64,000 nt of DNA from an uncultured bacterium (GTDB lineage: Bacteria; Acidobacteriota; Thermoanaerobaculia; Multivoradales; JAHZIX01): NCBI GenBank assembly GCA_965368975.1, contig CBDUPA010000019.1, positions 64,001 to 128,000 of the forward strand, written 5' to 3'. Both the position numbers and the translations under genes were made by a program. Shown here one piece after another: positions 50,501 through 62,500 of this stretch (position 1 is the first letter of the stretch; each line of letters begins with the position of its first letter). Below the pieces are notes generated by a model. The model was given only the letters and a program-made list of their open reading frames with translations. It made no database searches and was not told the DNA's origin.

Positions 50501-53500
50501 GGCTGCCACGTGGTATCGCCGATATCCAGGTTGCCCTGCGGCAGGTTTTGCAGCGCCAGCAGCACCTGGAACAAAGGCGTGCGGCTCAGGTCGCGCTCGG
50601 GTGCCAGCTCGTCGACCAGGCGCTCGAACGGCACGCTTTGGTGCGCGTAGGCTTCCAGCGTGCGCTCGCGCGCCTGCGCCAGCAGGTCGCCGAAGCCACT
50701 GGCCTGCGACAGCTGCCCGCGCAGCACCAGGGTGTTGATGAAGAAGCCGATCAGACCCTCCAGCTCGACGCGCTCGCGACCTGCGATCGGGCTGCCGACG
50801 GTGAGGTCAGCGGTGTTGCTGATGCGCGCCAGCAGCATCTGCAGGCCGGCGAGAAGCGCCATGAAGGAGGTGACCCCCTGGCGCCGGGCCAGAGTGCGTA
50901 GCGCTTCGGAGGTGGCCTCCGGCAAGCGCACCGGGACGGCACCGCCACGGCCGGTGGATACCGGCGGGTGCGGCCGGTCAGTCGGCAGCTCCAGCGGCTC
51001 GACGCCGCCCAGGCGGTCGCGCCAGTAGTCGACCTGCGCTTCCAGCACCTCGTCGACCAGGTGGCGACGCTGCCAGGCGGCGTAGTCGGTGTACTGCACA
51101 GGCAGCGCGGGTAGGTCGGGCGCGACCGGTTCGGCTTTGGACAGGTCGATGCTGCTTTCGGAAGTGCCATCAGCTTGACTGAAGAAGGCATAGGCAACGC
51201 TCAGCTCGCGCACCAGGATGCCCATCGACCAACCGTCCGTGACGATGTGGTGCTGCGTCAGCGCCACAACCTGCTCCTCGACGCCTTCCTCGGTCGTGCC
51301 CAGGCGCAGTAGCAAGGTGCGCAGCATCGGGCCGCGCTGCAAGTCGAACGGCAGCACCCGCTGGCGCTGCGATAGCGACTGCGCCAACGCGGTCAGCGTG
51401 TCCTCCCCGGAGTCCGTGTCCTCCCCGGAATCCGAGGCGCGCAGTCGACTCAGGTCGACCACCGGCCAGGCGACGCGGCCCGGGGGCAGCACGCGCTGCA
51501 CGGGCACGCCGGCCGATGTCTCCTCGAATACCGTGCGCAAGCTCTCGTGCCGGCGCACCACTGTGCTCAGGGCCGCCGCCAGCGCCTGGTGATCGAGCTG
51601 GCCCTCGACGCGCAGGGCATTGCTCAGGTGATAGGCCGGCGAGCCGGGCCGCAGCTTCTCGAGGAACCACAGGCGCTGCTGCGCGAACGACAGCGGCGGC
51701 GGTTCCAGCGGCACGCCTCGGGCATCGCGCGGCAGCGGCTCCAGCGGTGCGTCCAGCGTCGCGGCGCCGCGCTGGCCGGTACTCTGGAGTCGCTCGACAG
51801 CGGTCGCCAACGCCGCGACGGTCGGAGCGTCGAAGAGGGCGCGTACCGGCAGCTCGACGTCGAGCTGGTCGCGCAGCCGCGCCACGACCTGCGTCGCCAC
51901 CAGCGAGTGCCCGCCCAGCTCGAAGAAACTGCCTTGACGCGGCACGCTCTCGACGCCCAGCAGGTCAGACCAGATGCCGGCGACCAACTCTTCCATCGGC
52001 GAGGCCGGCGGCTCGAACCCGGCCTCTCCCGCCGTCGGCGCGGTCGCGACGGCCAGCGCTTCAAGGGCGCGGCGGTCGACCTTCTCGTTGGCGGTCAGAG
52101 GCAGCTGCTCCAACACCTCGAGACGCGACGGCACCATGTAGGCCGGCAAGCGCTCGCTCAGGGTGGCGCGCAAGGAATCGATGTCCAGGGATGTAACGCC
52201 GGAGGTGACCCACGCGAATAGCTGCTGCCCGCGCAGCAAGACCGCCGCCTCGCGCACCGCCGGATGCAGCGCCAGCACCGCCTCGATCTCGCCCAACTCC
52301 ACACGGAAGCCGCGGATCTTGACCTGGTGGTCGATGCGACCCAGGAAGTCGACTTCGCCACTGGCCCGCCAGCGCACCAGGTCGCCGGTGCGGTACAGCC
52401 TGTGACCGGTGGCGTGCACTTCGTCAACACCCATAGCGTCAGCGTGGCGCGACGCGCCGAACGGATCCGGCACGAAGGCACAGGCCGTCAAGGCCGGCCG
52501 GTCGAGATAGCCGCGTGCCAGCTGGCCGCCACCGAGCACCAATTCGCCGGCGGCACCGATCGGCTGCGGCCGCAGGTGACGGTCGAGGATGCGTACTTCG
52601 ACGTCGGGCAACGGCCGGCCGATCGACGGTAGCTGCGCGTCGACCCTGCCCCCAGTCCTATCTTCCAGAGCAACGCGGCCTTCCATGGCAACACGACCGG
52701 CGGTGGCGACGATGGTGTTCTCGGTCGGACCGTAGTGGTTCCACAGCGTGAACGGCAGGGCCGCATCCGGACGACGACGCAGGCGGTCGCCGCCGGTCAG
52801 CACGTGACGCAGGCGGGCCGAGCCGGCCCCCGTCAGCGCGTCCCAGTCGAGGTCGAGCATCAGTTCCAGCACCGGTGTCGCCAGGAAACCACTCTCGACC
52901 TGCTCGGCGATCAACCAGGCAGCCAACGCCTCGGGCCGCGCTCGGTCGGCGGCGGCAGGCAGGCACAGGCAGGCACCGTGCGCCAGGCTGGACCACACTT
53001 CCCAAACGGTGGCGTCGAACGCAAGACCTGCGGTGGCCGAGGTGCGCACGCCCGGCCCCGGCGCATAGCGGGCGGCGTGCCAGGCCATCAAGCGGGCCAG
53101 CGTGCCATGGCTCACCGCCACGCCCTTGGGTAGGCCAGTCGAGCCGGAAGTGTAGATGACGTACGCCAGTTGCTCCGGTACTGCTGGCGGGGGCGGTGAC
53201 GGCAAGCCAGCTTCGACATCGTCGGCGGGTGCGGCTCGTTCGAGATCTTCGAGCGTCAGCAGACGGACGGGGCGTCGCTCTTGCGGCCCCTGCTCTTCCC
53301 CACCGACCACCACAGCAGCCTGCGCCAGCGCCGCCTCGATCGCCGCGACCCGGTGAGCGTCGACCAGGAGCAGCGGACCCTCTTCCTGGGCACCATCTTC
53401 CTGGGCACCATCGTCCAGGGCACTCTCTTGACTGTCATGAATCTGGAACAACAGACGGTCCGGGGGCGTCTCGGGATCGAGCGGCACATAGGCGCCACCG

Positions 53501-56500
53501 GCTTCCAGCACCGCTTGCAGCGCGATCGGCAGATCCGGCGAGCGTTCCAGCAGCACCGCGATTCGACGCTCGGGCCCCACCCCCAGACGGCGCAAACCGC
53601 TGGCCACGGTGGCGGCACGACGGCGCAAGGTCCCGTAGCTCAAGACCTGTAGTTGACCGCCGTCGCCGACCATCGACACCGCCACGGCGTCCGGCTGGCG
53701 CTCGGTCCAGCTCGCGAGCTGCGCGTGCACGGCGGCACCCTCCGCAGCGGCCGCGAAAGTACCGCCCCACTCGAAAAGCAGCGCGTGCCGCTCGGAGGAT
53801 CCGAACAACGGCAGGCGGTCGAGGGACGTCGCATCGCCCGCATCGCCCTGCACGGTATCGCCCTTCACCAGAGCCCCCAGCAGCTCGGCGAACTGGCTGA
53901 GCCAGCGACGCGCCGTAGTGGCATCAAACAGATCCGTGTTGTAGGTCAGCGTCGCGCCGAGATCGCCGTCCGGTCGCTCGACGAAGGTCCAGGTCAGCTC
54001 GAAACGGGCGGAGGCGAAGTTGAGCGGCTGCGCTTCGAGCTGCAGGCCCTCGTCCAGCGGTTGCGAGCCCGGCGGCAGGTTCTGCAGCGCCAGCATGACC
54101 TGGAACAGCGGCGTACGGCTGGCGTCGCGGTCAGGTTCGAGCGCCTGCACCAGGCGTTCGAACGGCAGATCCTGGTGCGCGTAGGCCTCCAGGGTGCGCT
54201 CGCGCGCCTGCGCCAGCAACGCCGCGAAGCTGTCCAGGCCGCCCAGTTCGCCACGCAGCACCAGCGTGTTGATGAAGAAACCGATCAGTCCCTCGGTCTC
54301 GACGCGTGTGCGGCCGGCGATCGGGGTGCCGACGTTGATGCTCTGCTGCCCGGTCACCCGGCTGAGCAGCACTTGCAGCGCCGAGATCAGCACCATGAAC
54401 AGCGTCGCGCCGTGACGCCGGGCCAGCGCCCGCAGTGCCTCGGCGGTATCGGCGTCCAGGCGTAGCGGCACGCCGGCGCCGCGGGTGGTGGCCATCGCCG
54501 GGCGTGGACGGTCGGGCACCAGATCGAGTGGCTGGCTATCGCCGAGCCGCCGGCGCCAGACTTCCAACTGTGCCTCCAGCGCCTCACCGCGCAGCCAGCT
54601 CTGCTGCCAGGCAGCAAAGTCGGCGTATTGGATCGGTAGCGGTTGCCAGACCGACAGCGGTGCCCCGTCCGGCTGCTCGCCCGCCGCCAGGGCACGGTAG
54701 CCGGCGCTCAGCTCGCGCACCAGGATGCCGGACGACCAGCCATCACTGATGATGTGGTGCTGGGTCAGGCCCAGGGTATGCAGCGGCTCGCGGTCTTCCC
54801 CTGTAGCCTCACTGCTAGCCTCATCGGTGCTGCAGATCAGCAACACGCAGCGCGCCAGCGGACCGCGCCGCAGGTCGAAGGGACGGCTGCTGTTGTCGTC
54901 GAGCAGCGCCTGGCGGGTGCTATCCAGGTCGTCGGTCGTCAGAGCACCCAGGTCGACGACGCCCCAGGTGCGGGGCGCCAGCGGCGCGATGATCTGGACC
55001 GGCTGGCTGGCCTTCTTGCCATCGGCACTCTTGCCGTCGGCGAGCTCAAAGGTGCGCTCTTCGAAAGTGGTGCGCAGGCTCTCCTGACGCTCGACCACCG
55101 CGTCGAGAGCCGACAGCAGCGCACGGCGGTCGAGGACGCCGCGCAGGCGCAGAGCCGACGGCATGTTGTAGGTGCTGGTCCCTGGCTGCAGGCGATCGAG
55201 GAACCACAGCCGTTGCTGTGCAAAGGAGAGTGGCGGCGGGTCCACCGGAATCGCAGCACCGCCAGGAACACCAGCGGGCACGCGTCGCGGCAGTGCTTCC
55301 AGCGGTGGTGCCGCGGCTTGCTCGCTCTTCATCGCTTCCTGCACGCGCAGGGCCAGTGACGCCACAGTCGGGGCCTCGAACAGCGCACGCACCGGCAGCT
55401 CGACGTTCAGCTGCTCCCGCAGGCGTGAGATCACCTGCGTGGCAATCAGCGAGTGTCCACCCAGCTCAAAGAAGTTGCCCTGCCGTGGCACCGCGTCGAC
55501 GCCGAGCAGGTCGCTCCAGATGCCCGCGACCAGCTCTTCGGTGGGCGTCGCCGGCAGCCGCTCCGCCACCAGTTCCGCCTCACCCTCGGCCGTCAGCGAC
55601 AGCGGCAGCGCCTGCAGCGCACGGCGGTCGACCTTGTCGTTGGCGGTCAGCGGTAGCTCGTCCAGGAACTCGATGCGCGCCGGCACCATGTAGGGCGGTA
55701 GCTGGGTGGCGAGCGCATCGCGCAGGTCCTGCCCTTGAGCGCCACGGCCGGCAGCCGCGACGTCTTCGAGCAGGGTCACCCAGCCGACCAGCTGCTCCCC
55801 GCGCAGCAGCACCACCGCCGTGCGCACCGCTGGCTGCGCGTTGAGCGCCGCCTCGATCTCGCCCAGCTCGACGCGGAAGCCACGCACCTTGACCTGGTGG
55901 TCGATGCGGCCGAGGAAGTCGATCTCGCCGCTGGGCAGCCAGCGCACCAGATCACCGGTGCGGTAGAGGCGGAGACCAGCCCCGGGGCGGGCGAACGGAT
56001 CGGGGACGAAGGCGGCCGCGGTGAGAGCCGGGCGACCGAGGTAGCCGCGCGACACCTGGCCGCCGCCGAGCGCCAGCTCGCCGGGGACGCCGATCGGTCG
56101 CGGCTGCAACTGCGCATCGAGCACATAGGCGTCGACCGCGGGCAGCGGGCGGCCGATCGATGGAGGCCGCGATTCTTCTCCACCGGTGTCGAGCGCCACG
56201 CGGCCGAAGGTCGCGACCACGGTGTTCTCGGTCGGGCCATAATTGTTCCACAGCATGAACGGCAAGCCCGGCTGCGGACGGCGGCGTAGGCGATCGCCAC
56301 CGGTCAACACGTGGACCGTCGCGGCGCCCTGCCACAGCGCCTCGTCGACGCCGAGCATCAATTCCAGCACCGGTGTGGTCAGGAAGCCACTCTCGATCTG
56401 CTCGGCGACCAACCAGCTCACCAGTTCCTCGGGACGCGCGCGATCGGCGTCGGCGGGCTGGCAGATGGTGGTGCCATGCACCAGGCCGACCCACACTTCC

Positions 56501-59500
56501 CAGACGGTGACGTCGAAGGCCAGGCCGGCGGCGGCCAGCGTGCGCGTGCCCGGCCGCAGATCGAAAGTCTCGGCGTGCCAGGCCAGCAGGCGCGCCAGCG
56601 TGCCATGACTGACAGCGACACCCTTGGGCACACCCGTCGATCCCGAGGTGTAGATGACATACGCCAGCTGGAGCGGGTCGACGATAGCCGGCCCCATCTC
56701 GTGGCGCACAGCACCGTGGCGCACAGCACCGTGACCCTGCGTGCGCAGCTGATCCAGCGACACGACTTCGATCTCGCTATCGAGCTGGCCCAGCTGCGCA
56801 TCGACGAGATCACGATCGACGAGAACCAGCGGCCTCACGTCGCGCGCCTGGCTGTCCAGAATCTGGAAGTTCAGCCGCTCGACTGGCGTCTCCGGATCCA
56901 GCGGCACGTAGGCAGCTCCGACCTCCAGCACCGCTTGCAGAGCCACCATCAGGTCCGGCGAGCGGCGCAGCAGCACGGCGATGCGCCGTTCGGTCGGGTC
57001 CACGTTCAGGGCCGCGAAGCGACGACGCAGCCCGGCAGCTACAGCGGCGGCACGACGACGCAACGTACCGTAGGTGAGAAGCTGCTCGGAAGTCGAAGTC
57101 TCAGAGCCGCTCTCGGAGCTTGCGTAGAGCGACACCGCCACGGCATCCGGCTGTTCGGCTGCCCACTCAGCAACGCGCAGGTGGACCGCCTTCAGCTGAC
57201 GGCCATCGACGTACTCCCAGCCTCGCTCCCTGGGCGTCCCCGGTCGGACGGCTTCCGTCCGGACGGGAGCCACAGCCCGGCGGTGCGACCACGTTCCACA
57301 CCACTCCCGCAGCAGAGCATGACGCTCCGCCGGGCCGAGCAAGCTCAAGGTGTTCCACGGACGTTCAACCGCAGTGGTACCCGCCTCGAAAGCACTGCCA
57401 CCCGCTTCTCCAGCCATGCCAAGCGCTTGCACCAGGTGCCGGAAGTGGCCCGCCCAGCGACGCGCGGTGGTGGCGTCGAACAGGTCTGAGTTGTAGGTCA
57501 GCGTCACGCCCAGCTGCTCGTCCGGACGCTCGACGAAAGTCCAGGTCAGCTCGAAGCGCGCCGCCACCAGGTTCAGTGGCTGCGGCTCCAGCGACAACTC
57601 GGCGTCCATCGCCACGCTCTGCCGTGGCACGTTCTGCAGCGCCAGCATGACCTGGAACAGCGGTGTGCGACTGAGGTCGCGGTCCGGCTCCAGCGCCTGC
57701 ACCAGCTGCTCGAAGGGTACGTCCTGGTGCGCGTAGGCTTCCAGGGTGCGCTCGCGCGTCTGCGCCAGCAGCCGCGAGAACGAGTTGCCGCCAGCAGCGT
57801 CATCGCTGGCATCACCGTCGAGGTCACCGCGCAGCACCAAAGTGTTGATGAAGAAGCCGATCAGCCCCTCTGTCTCGATACGGTTGCGACCAGCGACCGG
57901 CGTGCCGACGTTGATCTGAGACTGGCCGCTGAGGCGCGCCAGCAGGACCTGCAGCGCCGTCACCAGCACCATGAAGAGCGTCGCGCCGTGGCGCTGCGCC
58001 AGCGCCCGCAGGGCACGCGTGGCGGGTGCCGGTAGCAGCAGCGGCAGTGCCGCGCCGCGCGTGGTGGTGAGCGCCGGGCGTGGGCGGTCAGTAGCGAGAT
58101 CGAGCGGCGTGCTACCACTCAAGCGCTGGCGCCACACTTCCAACTGCGCGTCCAGCACCTCACCCTGCAGCCAGGCACGCTGCCAGGCGGCGAAGTCGGC
58201 GTACTGGATCGGTAGCGGCGGTAGCTGGGCGGCCACTTGCGACGCCGTCTCGGCGGCGTAGAAGGCGCTCAGCTCGCGCACCAGGATGCCGGTCGACCAG
58301 CCGTCGCTGACGATATGGTGCTGGGTGATGCCCAGCGGATGCAGGTCGTCGGCATCGATCAGCAGCAGGCAGCGCAGCAGCGGACCACGTTGCAGATCGA
58401 AGCTCTGGCCACCGCTGGTGTTGAGCAGGCGCGTACTCAAACGCTCGCGCCGCGCCGGCTCCAGACGTCGCAGGTCGACCACCGACCACACGCGCGGCAC
58501 GCGTGGGCTGATCCACTGCACCGGCTGCTCACTGCCCGCGCCCGCGGCACCCGGCGTGTCAGGCAAACGGGGCGTACGAGGCAGGCGGAAGGTAGTGCGC
58601 AACCCTTCGTGGCGCCGCACGACGGCAGCCAACGCGCGCAGCAAGGCACCACGGTCGAGCGTGCCGCGCAGGCGCAGGGCCGACGGCATGTTGTAGGCGG
58701 TGGTTCCGGGCTGCAAGCTGTCGATGAACCACAGACGCTGCTGTGCGAACGACAGCGGCGGCGGTTCGACGGGCACGGCGAGCGCTCCCGGCCCCGCTCC
58801 CTCTCTGCCCAGTTCGGCACCCGGCACAGCTCGCTGCAAGGGCTCCATCGACGGTGGCTGCGCCGAGCCGTCAGGACCACGGGAGATCTCTTCTTGCAGC
58901 CGGCGCGCCAGGGCGGCCAGCGTCGGCGCTTCGAAGATGGCGCGCACCGGCAGCTCGACCGCCAGCTGCTCGCGCACCCGCGACACCAGCTGCGTGGCCA
59001 GCAGCGAATGGCCGCCCAGCTCGAAGAAGTTGCCTTGACGTGACACCGCCGGCACGGCCAGCAGGTCGCGCCAGACGCCGGCCAGCAGCTCCTCCATCGG
59101 CGACGACGGCAGTTCCTCGGGCGCCACCGCTTCTGGCCTTGCCAATGGCCGAGCTGCCAGCGCGCGGCGATCGACCTTGGCGCTCGAGCTCAGGGGCAGC
59201 TCTTCGAGCACCTCGATCACCGCCGGCACCATGTAGGCGGGCAGACGCTCTCCCAGCCATTGGCGCAGCAGCGGCACGTTGGTGGCGGCGTCAGTGGTGT
59301 CGCTCAGGTAGGCGACCAGCTGCGGCGGCTCGCCCTTGGCGGCGTCGCCAGCCACCACGACGCCCGCGCGTCGCACCGACGGGAAGCTCTCCAGCACCGC
59401 TTCGATCTCTTCCAGCTCGATACGGAAACCGCGCAGCTTGACCTGGTGATCGCGCCGCCCCAGGTAGACCAGCGTGCCATCGACGCGCCAGCGCACCAGA

Positions 59501-62500
59501 TCACCAGTGCGATAGAGACGGCCTGCTCGCGAGTGCGCAGCAGCGGACAGGAACGGATCCGGAATGAACGCTTCGGCGGTGCGCGCCGGCTGCCCGAGAT
59601 AGCCGCGCGCGACGCCGGCACCGCCGATGGCCAGTTCCCCGACCGCGCCGAGCGACTGCGGCAGCAGGGCGGGACCAAGGACACGGACGGTCACGTCGAG
59701 CAGCGGACGACCGAGGTGCGGCGAGGTCTCTGGAAGAAAGCCATCGCCATCGCGCATGACGGCAGCGGTCGCGTCGACCGTCGTCTCGGTCGGACCATAA
59801 ACGTTGACACCCTGCAAGCGCGAACCCTGCCCCGGCGACAGCTGACGCCACAATTCCGGCGTCACCGCCTCGCCGCCCACCAGCACGCGACGCTCGCCGC
59901 CACCGCCCAGGCGCGCCGCCCCGACGCTCGCCAGCACGCTGCTCAGCTGGCTGGGCGTGGCGTCGAAGACGTGCAGGCGGCTCTCCTCCACCCAAGCGGC
60001 GAAGGATGCCGGTTCGAGGCGCTGCGCTTCGTCGACCAGGTAGAGCGTGTGCCCGTCGGCCAGCTGCAGCCACTGCTTGACCGAGGCGTCGAAGGCGACG
60101 GAAGCGTTGAGGCCGACGCGCAGACCTTGCAAGATCGTCGAGCCGTCGCGGGGCACTTCCGCATAGATCGCCCGGCGCAATGCCCGCTGCAAGTTGGCCA
60201 GGCCACCGTGCGTTACCATCACGCCCTTTGGACGGCCGGTCGACCCTGAGGTGTAGAGGACGTACGCCAGGCTGTCCGGTGTCCATGCTGGCATCCAGGC
60301 GGGCAGTGAGTGGACCCCGTCGCGCGAGGGTTCCGCCGCGATCGCCGCGGCATCGTCGAGCACCAGCAACGGCGCCGCCTCGTCCAGCACCTGGCGTCGA
60401 CGCTGCGCCGGCCAGCCTGGCTCGACCGGCACATAAGCCGCACCGGACGCCAGCACACCGAGCAGCGCCAGAATCAATTCCGGCGAGCGCGGCAAGCGCA
60501 CCGCGACGCGCGTCTCGGCACCAGCGCCCCGAGCCCGCAGGCAAGCCGCCACAGCGTCGACGCGCGCGGCAGCGGCGGCAAAGCTCAGGTGACGGCGACC
60601 GTGCACCAGGGCTACAGCATGCGGCCGAGCGGTGGCAACGGCGGTGAAGCGAACCGGCCAGGGTTCGAAGACGCGCGCCACCACGGGAGCCATATCGCTC
60701 CACTCCGTGAGGGTCTGCTGCGCCTCGGCCGGCGCCAGCAAGGGGAGCGCCCAGATGTCGGTCTCCGGTGCCGCGGCCAGGCGCTGCAGCAGATGCTCGA
60801 AGGCAGCGCGCAGCCGACGGGCCGTGGTGGCGTCGTAGAGGTCGCTGTTGTAGCCCAGCCCGACGCGCCAGCCCTCCGGCGTCTCACCGACGTTCCAGTT
60901 CAGCTCGAACTTGACCTGTTGGTTGTCGGCGGCGAACGGCCGCAGCTCGACATCGCCGGACAGCTCGCCCTGTGGCGTAGGCGTGTTCTGCAACACCAGC
61001 ATGACCTGGAACAGCGGCGTGCGCGACATGTCGCGCTCGATGTCCAGCTCGTCGACCAGGCGCTCGAAGGGCACGTCCTGGTTGCCGTAGGCTTCCATCG
61101 TGCGTTCGCGCACCTGCGCCAGCAGCTCCCGCCCGCTGAGGCCGCGCGCCAGTTCGCCACGAAATACCAGCGTGTTGATGAAGAAGCCGATCAAGGCTTC
61201 CACCTCGACCCGCGTGCGGCCGGCGATCGGACTGCCGACGGTGACGTCACGCTGGCTGCCGAAGCGCGCCAGCAGCAGTTGCAGCGTCGCCAGCAGGACC
61301 ATGAACGGTGTCGCCTGGTGGTCACGACCGAGCTGACGCAAAGCGTCGTTGCTGGCTTCGGTGAACGGCTGGATGACGACCCCGCCGCGCTGCGTCAGGC
61401 GCGCCGGCCGCGGTCGGTCACTGGCCAGCGCCAAGGGCTCGACACCCTGCAAGCGTCGACGCCAGGTGTCGAGCTGACGTCCGAGCACGTCGCCTTCCAG
61501 GTAGCGGCGCTGCCATACGGCGTAGTCGGCGTACTGCACGAGCAGCGGCGGCAAGGCCGCGGAGCTGGAGCGGTAAAAGGCCGTCAGCTCGCGCACCAGG
61601 ATGCCGATCGACCAGCCGTCGCTGACGATGTGATGCTGGGTCAGTGCGAGTGCATGCCGCGCGGCTCCAATCGCCACCAGCAAGCAGCGCACCAGCGGCC
61701 CGTCCTGCAGGTCGAACGGCCGCGTGCTCTCGCCGACGATCAGCCGCCGCGTCTCGACCTCTCGCGCCTCGGCGTCTAGGCCCCCGAGGTCGACCAGCGC
61801 CCAGGCGCGCGCCGGGTGCGGTTGGATCCACTGCACGGGTTCGCCGGCCACCTCGCCGAACACCGTGCGCAGGCTCTCTTGGCGCTGCATCACCTGGCCC
61901 AGGGCGTCGAACAAGGCGCGCCGGTCGAGCGGTCCTTCGACCTCCATGGCAGCGGGCATGTTGTACGCGCTCGACCCCGGCTGCAGGCGGTCGAGGAACC
62001 ACAGGCGCTGCTGGGCGAACGAGACCGGCGGCGGCACTTCGGGAACGCCGCGAGCGTCACGCGCCAACGGCTCGATCGGTGCCAGCGCGGCGGCACCGTC
62101 GCCACCGGCCTGCAATTGCTGCAGGCGGCGCGCCAGGGCGGCGACGGTCGGCGCCTCGAACACCGCTCGCACCGGCAGCTCGACGGCCAGCTGCTGGCGC
62201 AGGCGCGACACGACCTGCGTCGCCATCAGCGAGTGACCGCCGAGTTCGAAGAAGTTGCTCTGCCGTCCCACGGCCTCGACGCGCAGGACCTCGATCCAGA
62301 CACTGGCCACCAGCTCTTCGATCGGCGAGCGCGGCGACTCGAGCACAACCTCGGGCCCGGCCTCGAGCGGTCGATTCGTCAACGTGCGGCGATCCACCTT
62401 GCCGCTCGGCGTCAAGGGGAACTCGTCGATCACCAGGATCTGTGCCGGTACGAATTGCGCCGGCAGCGTGCCGCTCAGTTCGGCGCGCAGGCGATCGGGC